Assembly (NCBI GenBank): GCA_964552725.1
Contig: CAZKHU010000001.1
Location: forward strand, 2,941 to 66,940
Length of the DNA stretch: 64,000 nucleotides
From: an uncultured Syntrophus sp.
Lineage (GTDB): Bacteria > Desulfobacterota > Syntrophia > Syntrophales > UBA5619
Direction: 5' to 3'
Shown: piece by piece, positions 41,378 to 51,774 of the stretch
How positions within the stretch are numbered: the stretch's first letter is position 1
Layout of the letters: each line of letters begins with the position of its first letter
Translations under genes and position numbers: made by a program
Notes under the pieces: model-generated
Told to the model about the DNA's origin: nothing
Databases searched by the model: none
Seen by the model: only the letters and a program-made list of their open reading frames with translations

Positions 41378-41863
41378 ATGGTTGAATATCCGAGATACGA
41401 AAAGGTGCTCTTCTGTACGGATTTTTCCAAAAACTCCGATATGGCCTTCCGGTACGCGTTCGGAATATCGCGGCGGGACGGCAGTGATTTGTATATTATG
41501 CATGTGATGACATATCCGAATAATTACCCGCACTATGTAGAAGGCTATTTGAGCTCCAGCGAATGGAAGAAGGTGGAAGAAGACCACAGGAAGGCGATCG
41601 AGAAAAACTTTCAGGATATGTATCTGACAAAGATAAAAGACAAGTCCAACGTGCACACAGTAACAAGGCCCGGCCGCGAAGACGAAGAAGTTCTGGAATT
41701 CGCCAGGAAAGAGGGGATTGACATAATCGTGGTAGGCACGCATGGCAGAACGGGAATAAAACATGCGTTTCTGGGAAGCGTGGCCGAAAAAATCGTCCGG
41801 CAGTCGCCCGTCCCCGTTCTTGTAGTGCCCGGGAGAAAAAGCTCTCTACATAAGACGAGTTAA
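41378..41863 (+). CDS. universal stress protein (UspA family)
   Basis: GAAAGGAGG SD upstream. Motifs KVLFCTDFS...DIIVVGTHGRTG...GSVAEKIVRQSPVPVLVV. Confidence 0.85.
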   Translation: MVEYPRYEKVLFCTDFSKNSDMAFRYAFGISRRDGSDLYIMHVMTYPNNYPHYVEGYLSSSEWKKVEEDHRKAIEKNFQDMYLTKIKDKSNVHTVTRPGREDEEVLEFARKEGIDIIVVGTHGRTGIKHAFLGSVAEKIVRQSPVPVLVVPGRKSSLHKTS

Positions 41864-41898
41864 TTCTCGCAATCTTCAGAATTCGGCCCGCGCGCTCT

Positions 41899-43203
41899 TC
41901 AGCGGGCCGATTCCACGTACTCCAGAATTTTTTCTCCAATCGTTTTGACAACGTGCGCGAATTTCTGTTCGTCACGGTCCAGGAGCGTCATCCGGAATCC
42001 CGGCAGATCGGTAAAAAACGAGGTGAGCGGAATGACGCAGATGCCTGTCGCCCCCAGCAGATAATAGACGAAGCGCTTGTCCTGTTCGATCGGTTCGGCA
42101 ACAAGCTCTTCTATGTAGGTGCGGACGTCTTTCTGGGCAATCGCCAGACGCTGATTGTTGTTGAGCACCGCCTCGTTGAAAACAACCGTCATATAGAAAG
42201 CGCCGCATGTCCTGTTTACCATGACATAAGGCAGATCCTTCAGAATCCCGTAGGCGATGTTGGAGAGCTTTTCATAATTAGTCACCCTTTCCCGCAGATA
42301 TGGCTGATACTCCGGGTGGGTCATGACCCTGGGGATGGCCAGTTGCGGCAGCGTCGTCGAACAAACCTCGGACATTTTCTGGGTCAGGATGGCGTCAATA
42401 TAACGGGCAAAGGTTTCATCCTTGTCGGCGTTGTAAAATTCCATCCATCCGCAGCGGGAACCGGGCCAGGGAAACTCTTTTGATATCCCCTTCATGGAAA
42501 TTCCGGGGACATCACCGATGATGTCCGATAAAGGCGCCGTCTTTTTTCCGTTGTAAACGATGTTCTGATATGTTTCGTCGAAAATCAGAAAGAGGTCGTA
42601 GGTGCGAGCTATTTCCACGATGCGCCGGAGAGCTTCCTCCGGATATACGTATCCCGTGGGATTATCAGGATTGATGACGAGTATGCCGACAATCGCCCGG
42701 TGGCTCTTCACCTTTCGTTCCAGTTCGTTGAGATCAGGCGACCAGTCGCAATAGGGGTTCATCCGGTAGGTGTTCGGGGGAAAAGAGGCGTGCAGGACCT
42801 CGGCCAGCAGATGCGTGGAATAGGTCGGTTCCGGCATGATGATCCTGGCATCGACGCGGATGGCGCCATAGGCACGGGCTATCGCATCCCCCAGCCCGTT
42901 GAAAAAGAGTATGTTGTCAGCCGTGATCTGCACCTTGCCGCGGCTGTTTACCCTCTGGGCGAGGAATTCCCGGGTCGCTTCCATCCCTTTGGTCGGAGAA
43001 TAGCCGTAAGTGGCGTCTTCGTGCAGCAGATCAGTCAGCACATCCTTCATCCATTCGGGCACCTTTTCCCCCTTCTGGATCGGATCGCCGATATTCTCCC
43101 AGACAACCTCCACGCCCGATTTCTTCAAACGGTTGGCCACATTGACAATATTGCGGATTTCATAAACGAGCCCATTTCCGCTCCGGGCAATATCGAATCT
43201 CAT
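41899..43203 (-). CDS. PLP-dependent class I/II aminotransferase (AlaA/AspC-like)
   Basis: About 434 aa with INPDNPTG, a SKEF PLP-lysine context, and RCGW. Confidence 0.85.
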   Translation of the reverse strand: MRFDIARSGNGLVYEIRNIVNVANRLKKSGVEVVWENIGDPIQKGEKVPEWMKDVLTDLLHEDATYGYSPTKGMEATREFLAQRVNSRGKVQITADNILFFNGLGDAIARAYGAIRVDARIIMPEPTYSTHLLAEVLHASFPPNTYRMNPYCDWSPDLNELERKVKSHRAIVGILVINPDNPTGYVYPEEALRRIVEIARTYDLFLIFDETYQNIVYNGKKTAPLSDIIGDVPGISMKGISKEFPWPGSRCGWMEFYNADKDETFARYIDAILTQKMSEVCSTTLPQLAIPRVMTHPEYQPYLRERVTNYEKLSNIAYGILKDLPYVMVNRTCGAFYMTVVFNEAVLNNNQRLAIAQKDVRTYIEELVAEPIEQDKRFVYYLLGATGICVIPLTSFFTDLPGFRMTLLDRDEQKFAHVVKTIGEKILEYVESAR

Positions 43204-43446
43204 GATCCCCTCATATCTCGACTTTTTAATCGGTACAATCTTTTATTCATTAGTACAAATGACAATATCTGTCTATTATTTTTTTAAGCACAGTTTATGC
43301 GACCACCCTTTTTGCGGACATTAGGGGTTGAAAATCTGGGCTGATAGCAGTATGAGTCAATTGAGGCGCGATGATTTTTATCTCCCACGGGAAAATCAGA
43401 AGCAATTTCTTTGAAATGAACTATATGGGAAAAGAAAGAAGAATCA

Positions 43447-44301
43447 ATGGAAAACAGATGGACACTTGTAGATACCGCGGCAAAGCTTAAAACCGCCGCA
43501 GAAGGAATCACCGCTGCCGACGTTATTGCCGTCGATACGGAGTACGATTCCTTCCGCTATTTTTTCGACAAATTGTGCCTGCTTCAGATTCAGACCGGAG
43601 ACGAAACCTGGCTTATCGATCAAATGGCCGGTCTCGATATGACATTTTTAGGCAAAGTTTTTGGCAATCCGGACGTTTTGAAGATTTTTCATGCCGGGGA
43701 TAATGATATAAGGATTCTCAAACGCGATTACTCCTTTTCGTTTCGCAACATCTTTGATACCCATCGCGCCGCCTCCCTCCTGGGGATGCGTCAGCTTGCC
43801 CTTTCCCGCTTGCTCGAAAGCTGTCTGGGGGTTGTTCTGGAAAAAAAGATGCAGCGCTCCCGGTGGGATTTGCGTCCCTTGAGCATTGAACAGTTGAACT
43901 ACGCAGCGCTGGATACGGTTTATCTGCCCCCTCTTTATAAAAAACTGGCGGCGGAGCTGAACGAAAAAGGGCTGGAAAAAGAGGCGGAACGCATTTTTCT
44001 CGGGCTGACGGAGGTTGTCTGGAGGCCGCGCGACATCGATCAGGGCGGTCACCGTAAAATCCCCGGCTACCGTCAGCTTACCACCGCCCAGAAGGAGCGG
44101 CTGCGATTATTGTACAGCTGGCGTTTCAATAAGGCGCAAAAGACCGATCGCGCCTGCTTCATGCTTTTATCGGATCAGCAGCTTGTCTCCCTTGCCCGTG
44201 TTGACGAGGTCTCAGTGGAGAAAATAGTCGGACCGGGCCTGCTCTCTTCAACAGGGGCAAAACGCTTCGCTTCGGAGATAATGGATATCCTGATTCAATA
44301 A
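43447..44301 (+). CDS. RNase D-like 3'-5' exonuclease with HRDC-like C-terminus
   Basis: DEDDy motifs IAVDTEYD, FHAGDNDIRIL and YAALDTVYL. Confidence 0.8.
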   Translation: MENRWTLVDTAAKLKTAAEGITAADVIAVDTEYDSFRYFFDKLCLLQIQTGDETWLIDQMAGLDMTFLGKVFGNPDVLKIFHAGDNDIRILKRDYSFSFRNIFDTHRAASLLGMRQLALSRLLESCLGVVLEKKMQRSRWDLRPLSIEQLNYAALDTVYLPPLYKKLAAELNEKGLEKEAERIFLGLTEVVWRPRDIDQGGHRKIPGYRQLTTAQKERLRLLYSWRFNKAQKTDRACFMLLSDQQLVSLARVDEVSVEKIVGPGLLSSTGAKRFASEIMDILIQ

Positions 44302-44321
44302 AAATCAAGCAGCGGCTGCCT

Positions 44322-45161
44322 CTAATTGCGCCCCGGGAACAGAAGGGCAGGGGGGGCCAGCGGCAAAAGCAAGTCTCCCGGATAGATGACCTTTTCCAGA
44401 AAAAGACCGGATGGCGGCGCCGTGTAGTGCGCGGGGATATCGGAATGGCTGTTCAGCAACTTTTCCACGTCTCTGGGCAAAATATTCCCCCGTCCCGCCT
44501 CTACCAGAATTCCGACTATCCTCCGCACCATTTTCCACAGAAAATGGGAGCCTACGATCCGAAAGACAATCATGTCTCCCCATCTGTTCAACTCCAGCCG
44601 CTCGATCTGGACCTCCGTCGAAAGATTTTTATCGATCCTTTTATCGGCAAATGACGAGAAATCGTGAAAACCGCCGAATATTTCCATTGCTGCCTGCATC
44701 TTTTCCAGATCCAGCCCGTCTCTTACCCACCAGACATAGCGCTTCATGAAGGCGGTGCGACGGCTGGACAACAGGTAGAGGTAACTTCTGGAAAGCGCCG
44801 TGTGACGGGCATGAAATTTATCCGGCGCCTCTTCGACCTTGAGAATGTTGATCGAAGCAGGAAGCAACTCGTTCAGTTCAAAAAGAATCGTCTGCGGCGG
44901 AAGCCGTCGCGGAGCCTCAATATGAGCTACCTGGGCCATCGCGTGAACGCCGGCATCCGTACGGCCGGCTCCCTGAATTTCCACACCCTGCCCGAACAAT
45001 TTGGCGGCTGACTCGATCAGGGTTCCCTGTACGCTCCGGGCATCTTTCTGCGTTTGCCAGCCGTGATAGCCTGTTCCGTCATACTCCAGGGTAAGCTTGT
45101 ATTTGCAGCAAAAGGATTTCCCCGGTTTTTTCTGGCGCGGCAGCACAATTTTTTCTTTCAT
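44322..45161 (-). CDS. truA: tRNA pseudouridine(38-40) synthase
   Basis: YDGTGYHGWQ and GAGRTDAGVHA catalytic-Asp motifs. Confidence 0.9.
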   Translation of the reverse strand: MKEKIVLPRQKKPGKSFCCKYKLTLEYDGTGYHGWQTQKDARSVQGTLIESAAKLFGQGVEIQGAGRTDAGVHAMAQVAHIEAPRRLPPQTILFELNELLPASINILKVEEAPDKFHARHTALSRSYLYLLSSRRTAFMKRYVWWVRDGLDLEKMQAAMEIFGGFHDFSSFADKRIDKNLSTEVQIERLELNRWGDMIVFRIVGSHFLWKMVRRIVGILVEAGRGNILPRDVEKLLNSHSDIPAHYTAPPSGLFLEKVIYPGDLLLPLAPPALLFPGRN

Positions 45162-45215
45162 TAAGGCCTTTCGTCTTCTCGAAGATTGCTCACAAACCTG
45201 TGCATGAGCTGATTT

Positions 45216-46625
45216 TTATATCGCCGGCGGCGCCGGCAACAACTGCTGACTCTTTTCCCCGAGAAAAACCATCCCCTGCAGACCAAACAGGATGTCGGCG
45301 GCGGGAATATCACGGTCAGGCAGTTCACTGCCCGGATGGAGCGTGGTAATGACGGTTCGGCCCACAATAATCCGGCCTTTTGCGCCCCCCGCCCCTTTCG
45401 TTCCTACCTTCCAGAAATTATGGAAGATCAGCGGTTTCCCCCGGTGAGTGCCGATATACAGCATGATATGCCCCGGCGTCCAGAGCAGGGTCCGCCATGG
45501 GACGCCTTGCTGTGTGATAATCGCCTCCTTTTTGTCGGGAGAAAGTCCGAGCAGCGAAACGAACCGCCCGGCGCCGGCCTGGTCGATCGAATTGCGCGGC
45601 AGCAGAATGCCAAAAGGCGCAAAAAGATCCATGATTGTTGCAGAACAATCCCTTTTCCCCTGAAATCCCCCCCAGCCGTACTTCCCGCCGACGAGTTCGC
45701 CGGCGATACGCGCAACGTTTCGCGCGGTAAAAGGAAGCGGTTTTTCAGCCACCGCTTCTGCCGATACGCTCCCCGTGGATAATGAGGCATTGCCATCGGC
45801 GCCTCGTCGGGCAACCCCGATGCGCATTTTTTCGCCACTGCTCCCAACTTTCGGGAAAATCGCCCCCAGCGGCGCCGAAAACAGGATGTTTCCTCCGACT
45901 GAAACAGGCGTCTTGTCCCGCACAATGGTTACATAAGTTCCATTTTCCCATGACTTTATGAAATCGGCCGTCACGGGGGCAATGTCGGCAGCCTGAACCC
46001 AGCCGATAAGGTGATCGGTTTCGGCAAGAAACCACTTTTTATCCCTGCTTACCAAAACGACAAAGACAGGGGTCCCCGCCGGAATGGAGGACTGCTGAAA
46101 GTTGTCGAAAGAATTTCTTATTCCCGGCGTCGAATAATTCGAATGGCGCTCCTTTGCCGGAAGCATCCGGGAATCCGTTCTCCTTAATGTTATTGCGGGA
46201 AACAGCCCTTGCGGATATTGTTCGACAGGGACATTTTGGATGATTGATCCTATCCAGTGCTGGCTGCGCCGACGCCCATCGCTACCGTATCCCGGATTAT
46301 CCGCATATTTTTGCACCCCCCATGTTGCCGTTTCCCGGGAATGAAGAGGCTGCCGGCGGCGCCACGGGTTGAAAAACGTACGGGTTGCTTCCCTGTTCGA
46401 AAGCTCCAGTTCTTCCGGCGGCAATAGCCATTTATCGGCGGTTGCCGGATCCAGGTAGGAAAGCGGATTCTGGCTGAGGGCGGAAAGATCGCGAATCGTT
46501 CGCGCCGCCTGGCTGCTTTCGGGCACTGACAGCAGAGCGATCATGACTAAAGGCATTGCAGGCGAAACGAAAGAATGCAGGAGCCTTTTTATTTTTGAAG
46601 CCATCGAACATTTTCGAAAAATCAT
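45216..46625 (-). CDS. secreted NlpC/P60 (C40) peptidase with SH3-like N-terminal domains
   Basis: Signal peptide (AMPLVMIALLSVPESSQA), catalytic Cys context GKRDCSATIMDLF, and His context PGHIMLYIG. An alternative start lies at 46607. Confidence 0.75.
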   Translation of the reverse strand: MIFRKCSMASKIKRLLHSFVSPAMPLVMIALLSVPESSQAARTIRDLSALSQNPLSYLDPATADKWLLPPEELELSNREATRTFFNPWRRRQPLHSRETATWGVQKYADNPGYGSDGRRRSQHWIGSIIQNVPVEQYPQGLFPAITLRRTDSRMLPAKERHSNYSTPGIRNSFDNFQQSSIPAGTPVFVVLVSRDKKWFLAETDHLIGWVQAADIAPVTADFIKSWENGTYVTIVRDKTPVSVGGNILFSAPLGAIFPKVGSSGEKMRIGVARRGADGNASLSTGSVSAEAVAEKPLPFTARNVARIAGELVGGKYGWGGFQGKRDCSATIMDLFAPFGILLPRNSIDQAGAGRFVSLLGLSPDKKEAIITQQGVPWRTLLWTPGHIMLYIGTHRGKPLIFHNFWKVGTKGAGGAKGRIIVGRTVITTLHPGSELPDRDIPAADILFGLQGMVFLGEKSQQLLPAPPAI

Positions 46626-46831
46626 AGCGAGTCTTTGCTTATTAAGGAATCTACCTGTTTTTTATCGAAGCATCAGGTTTTTTCAGCCTGCCCTTCAGGG
46701 GGGATGCTTCCCGGTTATCGCTGTTCATGAGTGCAAACATTCCGATCGCCATATCCGAGAATGCTTTCCCGCGCTTTTCCTGACTGTATCAGAAAAAAGG
46801 GGCATCATCCATTATTTTCAATACAACCCCC

Positions 46832-46860
46832 TTGACTCGCGCCCTGTTTCATCGTATGTT
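46832..46860 (+). promoter_or_regulatory. candidate sigma-70-type promoter upstream of the small basic ORF
   Basis: TTGACT-17 nt-TATGTT, about 100 nt upstream of ATG 46963. Based on a motif match only. Confidence 0.35.
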
Positions 46861-46962
46861 CATCGCCCCGGGGGTGAGCCATTCTCAAGGACAAGCGCCG
46901 ATCGTCGCCGGGAACTGAAAAGCACAAAAAACCGTGTTTATTGCAAATTACAGGGAGGCATT

Positions 46963-47073
46963 ATGAGCAGACACAAAAAAATCAATCGCGAAAAAGAGAT
47001 AGACAGAAAACGCAAACGTCGGAAGGAGAGCCTGAAGCTGAGGTTGAAAGAGGCAAAGGCGGGGAGCAGGTAA
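46963..47073 (+). CDS. candidate small highly basic protein (36 aa)
   Basis: ATG preceded by CAGGGAGG at optimal spacing. Sequence MSRHKKINREKEIDRKRKRRKESLKLRLKEAKAGSR. It is the only coherent part of track ORF 46543..47073. I recognise no homology. Confidence 0.35.
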   Translation: MSRHKKINREKEIDRKRKRRKESLKLRLKEAKAGSR

Positions 47074-47125
47074 ATCGTCTTCCGCCGGCCCGGAAATGAA
47101 AAAGAAGCAAAATCGCCGTTGTTTT

Positions 47126-47944
47126 TCAGACAGCGGATTTACGGACGCATTCGTACATCATGATCGCTCCCGCCTGGGGGAGGCTCAGCGACTCCCCGTT
47201 CCCCGCACCGGGAATCTTCCACGTCTCGCTCGTTTTGGCCAGCAAAACTTCCGGCAGACCATGGCTTTCGCTGCCGAGGAGCAGTGCCGTTTCCGGGCTG
47301 CAGGGATGAGGTTCGACACCATGGCGAACATCGCTCCCGACAATGGAAAAACGCCCGGCGATTTCTGAAACGACCTCTTCCATATCGGCGCCTTCAATCA
47401 CATGCAGGTGGAAGATGCTTCCCATCGAAGCGCGCACTGCCTTCGGGTTTGTCGCCTCGCATGAATTCCGGCTGAGGATGATTGTGGAAAATCCGAACCA
47501 GTGAGCGGTGCGAAAAAGCGCGCCCAGATTATTGGGATTGTTTGTCTGGTAAAGCAGCAAAAGAGGCCCGGAGACTTCTTTCAGCGCTTCGGCAAGAGGC
47601 GAATGCCCGACATCGCCGTTGGCAGGAAACTCCCCCGTCCAGGCAGCTATCGCCATCACCCCTTCCGACGACTTGTCCTGGCTAAGCGCCCCCCATTGGC
47701 GCTTCGTCAGTCCGTAAACAGGAACCCCGTCCGGAACCTCAGAGATAATATCCGGATAGCCGTTTCCGGTCAGATCATCACAAACCAGAATCTCCTTTAC
47801 CAGGCGGCCGCTCTTCAGCAGCTCCCCGACAATCTTCTCGCCTTCCGCGATAAGGACCTTTTCCTGACGACGGTATTTCTCCAGAGTCAGCTTTTTCCAG
47901 CCCTTCATCTGCGCCTGCGACGGCCTGACGCTATCTCCCTGCAT
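47126..47944 (-). CDS. TrmH/SpoU-family RNA 2'-O-methyltransferase (RlmB-like)
   Basis: SpoU motifs NLGALFRTA, LLLGSESHGL and IPGAGNGESLSLPQAGAIMMYE. Confidence 0.8.
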   Translation of the reverse strand: MQGDSVRPSQAQMKGWKKLTLEKYRRQEKVLIAEGEKIVGELLKSGRLVKEILVCDDLTGNGYPDIISEVPDGVPVYGLTKRQWGALSQDKSSEGVMAIAAWTGEFPANGDVGHSPLAEALKEVSGPLLLLYQTNNPNNLGALFRTAHWFGFSTIILSRNSCEATNPKAVRASMGSIFHLHVIEGADMEEVVSEIAGRFSIVGSDVRHGVEPHPCSPETALLLGSESHGLPEVLLAKTSETWKIPGAGNGESLSLPQAGAIMMYECVRKSAV

Positions 47945-48209
47945 ACCCCTTTCCTTCCTCGCATTGATAAGTTTTCAGGCCCTTCCGGCCCATCATATTT
48001 ACCGGCACGATATCACAACTGCCGTCCCTGCCATCGCAGAAAACCAAGCTCGGTCTATTTTTTCTCAAATATTTAAAGCTGCCGGACACAACCCGGCTTT
48101 TATCATATCTCCTTTGGCAATAAAGCGCAACGCCGCAACGCAAATTCTGACCTTCCGCAAAAAAATCAAAAATATCTTAAGCGATAGCGGCCGGCGGTTT
48201 TATTTTTCA

Positions 48210-48239
48210 TTGACAACCGTGAAGATTGAAGAATATAAA
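48210..48239 (+). promoter_or_regulatory. candidate sigma-70-type promoter upstream of the hybrid kinase
   Basis: TTGACA-18 nt-TATAAA (or 17 nt-ATATAA), about 110 nt before ATG 48353. Based on a motif match only. Confidence 0.35.
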
Positions 48240-48352
48240 CAAAGCCCTCTGCTGCCACGGATTTTGTTCACTGCCATTAAATGCCGGGTCCTTTGCTTCC
48301 AAAATCATTCATTGTCTTGCACGGAAGCGGGAGATTGAAAGGAACAGCGCTG

Positions 48353-50800
48353 ATGAACGTTCTTGTAGTTGACGACCATGAAGAGAATCGATATTTGCTG
48401 GCAAGTCTTTTCAAGGGAAAAGGGCACGTCATACAGACTGCCGCAAATGGCGCCGAGGCCCTGGAAATTATAAAATCCGGCGGAGTCGAACTTATCATCA
48501 GCGATATCCTGATGCCGGTAATGGACGGCTTCAAGTTGTGCCTGGCGGTTAAAAACGATGAAAATCTGCGCGCCATCCCGTTTATAATTTACACTGCTAC
48601 CTATACAGGCCCTCAGGACGAGACCTTTGCGATGAAGATCGGCGCCAATCGCTTCATCATAAGACCCTGTGAACCGGAAGTTTTTCTGAAATCCGTTGAT
48701 GAGGTGATGGCGGAAGCAGCCCTCCGGGGGAAGGAAGCTCTGCCCAAACTGGCGGAAGAAGAGGATGTTTTCAAACTTTACAGCGAACGGCTGGTACGAA
48801 AACTCGAGCAGAAAATGCTCGAGGCGGAGCGGGAGATTCAAGCGCGCATGGCGGCGGAGAATGGGCTTCGCGAAAGCCAGAAAAGGTTGATCGCAGCACA
48901 GCGGATCGCAAAAATGGGAGATTTCACCTGGGATGTGGAAACCGGCCGGGTTACCTGGTCCGATGCGATGTTTGACCTTCTTAAATATGATAAAACAACG
49001 ACATTCAACTTCTCCCGGGTCAATTCCCAAATTCACCATCCCGCTGATCTGGAGCGAATCAACCAATGGTTGAATGAGTGTCTCGCATCCGGGCAAAAAA
49101 AGCTCACGCCCAATGAATACAGGATAATATGCAGCGATGGAGAAATTTTATATATTCGGACGGAGGGGATAATAGAACGTAAGACGGGAGAATCGCCCCG
49201 GGTGTTTGCCACCATTCAGGACATTACTGAACGCAGACAGGCGGAAGAAGCCCTCAAAAAGAGCGAGGAAGGCTACAAGGTGCTTATTGAAAATGCCGGG
49301 GAAGTCGTTCTGGTAGCACAGGATTGGCAATTCAAATTTTCCAACCGCCGGGTATTCGATTTTCTCGGGGTTACACCTGAAGAGCTGTCGGGAAAAACTT
49401 TTCTGGAATACATCCATCCGGAAGACAGGCAAACCATAGCTGAAAGACATGCAAAAAGATTGCAGGGAGAACACACACCGGGGATCTATTCCTGCCGCTT
49501 GATTGACAAAGCGGGCCGCACCAGATGGGCTAAAATCAACTCCGTTTTAATCGATTGGGAAGGGAAACCGGCAACACTCAACTTTCTGGAAGACATAACG
49601 GAGCGAAAATTCGCCGAGGAAGAACAGGAAAAGCTGCGCCGGCAGCTTATGCAATCCCAGAAGGTGGCGGCCATTGGCCGGCTCGCCGGAGGCGTCGCCC
49701 ATGATTTCAACAATATACTGAGCATTATTCTCGGCTACGGGGAAATCATGCTCGCCAAGATCCATCCCGGCGATCCTCTGCGGGAAGATATTCAGCAAAT
49801 CGTGAACGCCGGAAGACGTTCCGCGGAACTGACCCACCAGCTTCTGGCCTTCAGCCGCAAACAGACGCTGAAACCCGAAGCGCTGGATTTGAACAGCGTG
49901 GTGCTTGATCTTGAGAAGATGCTGAGACGGCTGATAGGCGAAAACATCGCCCTGACAATGGCACTTGCGGAAGACCTCGCCCATATCCTGGCCGACCCGG
50001 GGCAAATCGAGCAGGTGATCATGAATTTGGCCGTCAATGCCCGGGATGCCATGCCCGCGGGCGGCAAACTGGTCATGGAAACCGCCAACGTCGTCCTGGA
50101 TGAAGACTTTGCGCGTCTTCATCCAGGGACCGTACCGGGCAATTATGCGCTTCTTGCCGTCACCGACACCGGATGCGGAATGGACGAAGATACCATGGCC
50201 CAGATATTCGAGCCGTTCTTTACCTCGAAGGAAGAGGGGAAAGGCACAGGCCTGGGGCTCTCCACTGTTTACGGCATAGTAAAGCAGACTGGCGGAAATA
50301 TCTATGTGCACTCGGAGCCGGGAAATGGCACAACATTCAAAATATACCTTCCCCGGACAGAAGAGTTGCCCAAACTCAAAGCAACCGGGACGGCCAAAGA
50401 AGCATTGATGGGTGGCAACGAACATATTCTGGTTGTCGAGGATGAAGAAAGTCTCCGGAAATTGATGGATGCCATTCTTTCAAGACTGGGCTTCAAGGTA
50501 ACCCTGGCCGAAAACGGAGGCGCTGCACTGTCGCTGATGGAAGATGAAGGGCTTGCCCCCGACCTGGTGATCACGGATATGGTCATGCCGGGCATAAGCG
50601 GCGCGATGATGGTGGACAGGCTCCGCAGGAATCGTCCCAATCTCGAGGTTCTCTACATGTCGGGATACACGGAAGACACAATCGTCAATCAGGGAGTGCA
50701 CGATCCGTGGACATCCTTCATTCATAAACCCTTCAGCATCAAGGATCTTGCCTTAAAAGTCCGTGAGGCGCTGCAGAGAAAAGATGCATCATTCCCGTAA
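48353..50800 (+). CDS. hybrid sensor histidine kinase (REC-PAS-PAS-HisKA-HATPase-REC)
   Basis: N-terminal REC (VVDDHEE...SDILMPVMDG), two PAS-like segments, H-box GGVAHDFNNILS, DTGCGM / GTGLGLS, and a C-terminal REC (VVEDEES...TDMVMPGISG). Start moved to MNVLVVDD. Confidence 0.9.
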   Translation: MNVLVVDDHEENRYLLASLFKGKGHVIQTAANGAEALEIIKSGGVELIISDILMPVMDGFKLCLAVKNDENLRAIPFIIYTATYTGPQDETFAMKIGANRFIIRPCEPEVFLKSVDEVMAEAALRGKEALPKLAEEEDVFKLYSERLVRKLEQKMLEAEREIQARMAAENGLRESQKRLIAAQRIAKMGDFTWDVETGRVTWSDAMFDLLKYDKTTTFNFSRVNSQIHHPADLERINQWLNECLASGQKKLTPNEYRIICSDGEILYIRTEGIIERKTGESPRVFATIQDITERRQAEEALKKSEEGYKVLIENAGEVVLVAQDWQFKFSNRRVFDFLGVTPEELSGKTFLEYIHPEDRQTIAERHAKRLQGEHTPGIYSCRLIDKAGRTRWAKINSVLIDWEGKPATLNFLEDITERKFAEEEQEKLRRQLMQSQKVAAIGRLAGGVAHDFNNILSIILGYGEIMLAKIHPGDPLREDIQQIVNAGRRSAELTHQLLAFSRKQTLKPEALDLNSVVLDLEKMLRRLIGENIALTMALAEDLAHILADPGQIEQVIMNLAVNARDAMPAGGKLVMETANVVLDEDFARLHPGTVPGNYALLAVTDTGCGMDEDTMAQIFEPFFTSKEEGKGTGLGLSTVYGIVKQTGGNIYVHSEPGNGTTFKIYLPRTEELPKLKATGTAKEALMGGNEHILVVEDEESLRKLMDAILSRLGFKVTLAENGGAALSLMEDEGLAPDLVITDMVMPGISGAMMVDRLRRNRPNLEVLYMSGYTEDTIVNQGVHDPWTSFIHKPFSIKDLALKVREALQRKDASFP

Positions 50801-50939
50801 AGCGCCCCGTTATCTCTCCGGCCCGGAGAACAGCCCACTGAAAGCGTCTCCGGCATTACGATACAACCGGTCTGCCGGAGAGACTGAGCCCCGGGTTTGG
50901 AGACACAACGCTTAAATCCGTTTTGTAAAATCCACCATC

Positions 50940-51707
50940 CTATTCATTGCGCCACTGCGGTTTTCTCTTTTCGAGAAAGGCGACAAGCCCCTCCTGAGCA
51001 TCTGCCGTCTTCAGGAGTTCCTTCAGATAGATATCCTCGATGGTTCGCAAAGATGGCTCCAGTGGATCCATAAGCCCTGATTTGACAGCCTTTTTTGTCA
51101 GGCGGAGCACTTCGGCGCTCAGCTTTAGATAGGGTTTCAAAAAGGCCGCAGTCGCCGTTTCCAGCCCGTCTCGCCCCACCACCTGATTGATAAGCCCCAC
51201 ATCCCTGGCTTCCCCGGCCGAGATGGTTTTTCCGGAAAGGATCAACTCCATCGCCGCCTTCTGCCCGATGATGCGCGGCATTATCTGGGCGGCAATCGGG
51301 GGAAAGACGCCTACCTGGATCTCCGGCTGACCGAACTTGGCATCATCCGCGGCAATGACCAGATCGCAAAATATGGCCAGTTCGCAGCCGCCCCCGAGAC
51401 AGGAGCCGTAAACCGAGGCCGCAGTCGGAACACCAATGCCTTCCAGCCGACGGAACATCCCGTGAAAGGCGTCGATCATCTTCGGCGCCAGATCGCCCAT
51501 GTGTTCCCCCACATCCACGCCCGCCGAAAAGCACTTGCCTTTTGCCTGGAACAATACGGCCTTCAAATCCTTCTGTCCCCTCCACGAGTCCAGCACCCCA
51601 TTGATCTCCTTCATCATGGCGATATTCAGGACGTTAACCGGCGGCCTGTTGAGGGTGATTGTTCCAAGTCCATCCTGGATAATCGCTTCAATATGCTCGT
51701 AGCTCAT
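50940..51707 (-). CDS. enoyl-CoA hydratase/isomerase (crotonase); candidate cyclohexa-1,5-diene-1-carbonyl-CoA hydratase
   Basis: Crotonase motifs FSAGVDV and GGGCELA. AAGGAG SD upstream. The specific role is inferred only from its position next to had and bamA. Confidence 0.8.
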   Translation of the reverse strand: MSYEHIEAIIQDGLGTITLNRPPVNVLNIAMMKEINGVLDSWRGQKDLKAVLFQAKGKCFSAGVDVGEHMGDLAPKMIDAFHGMFRRLEGIGVPTAASVYGSCLGGGCELAIFCDLVIAADDAKFGQPEIQVGVFPPIAAQIMPRIIGQKAAMELILSGKTISAGEARDVGLINQVVGRDGLETATAAFLKPYLKLSAEVLRLTKKAVKSGLMDPLEPSLRTIEDIYLKELLKTADAQEGLVAFLEKRKPQWRNE

Positions 51708-51727
51708 TATCTTCCCGCTCCTTTTTC

Positions 51728-51774
51728 AATAAAAAGAGGCAGGCAGGTCTCTTCTTATGGGACGTGCCTGCCTC
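51728..51774 (-). terminator. Rho-independent terminator between bamA and the crotonase gene
   Basis: Minus-sense GAGGCAGGCA...(19-nt loop)...UGCCUGCCUC, a perfect 10-bp stem, followed by UUUUUAUUG. Confidence 0.65.

Noticed and set aside
41883-41910. 9-bp inverted repeat (TCGGCCCGC...GCGGGCCGA) between uspA and the aminotransferase, considered as a bidirectional terminator
   Set aside because: There is no U-tract on either strand, and one arm lies within the aminotransferase coding end. It was left uncalled.
47964-48338. 124-aa ORF in the divergent spacer upstream of the hybrid kinase
   Set aside because: It has no SD and overlaps a good promoter-like element for the kinase. The sequence has no features.
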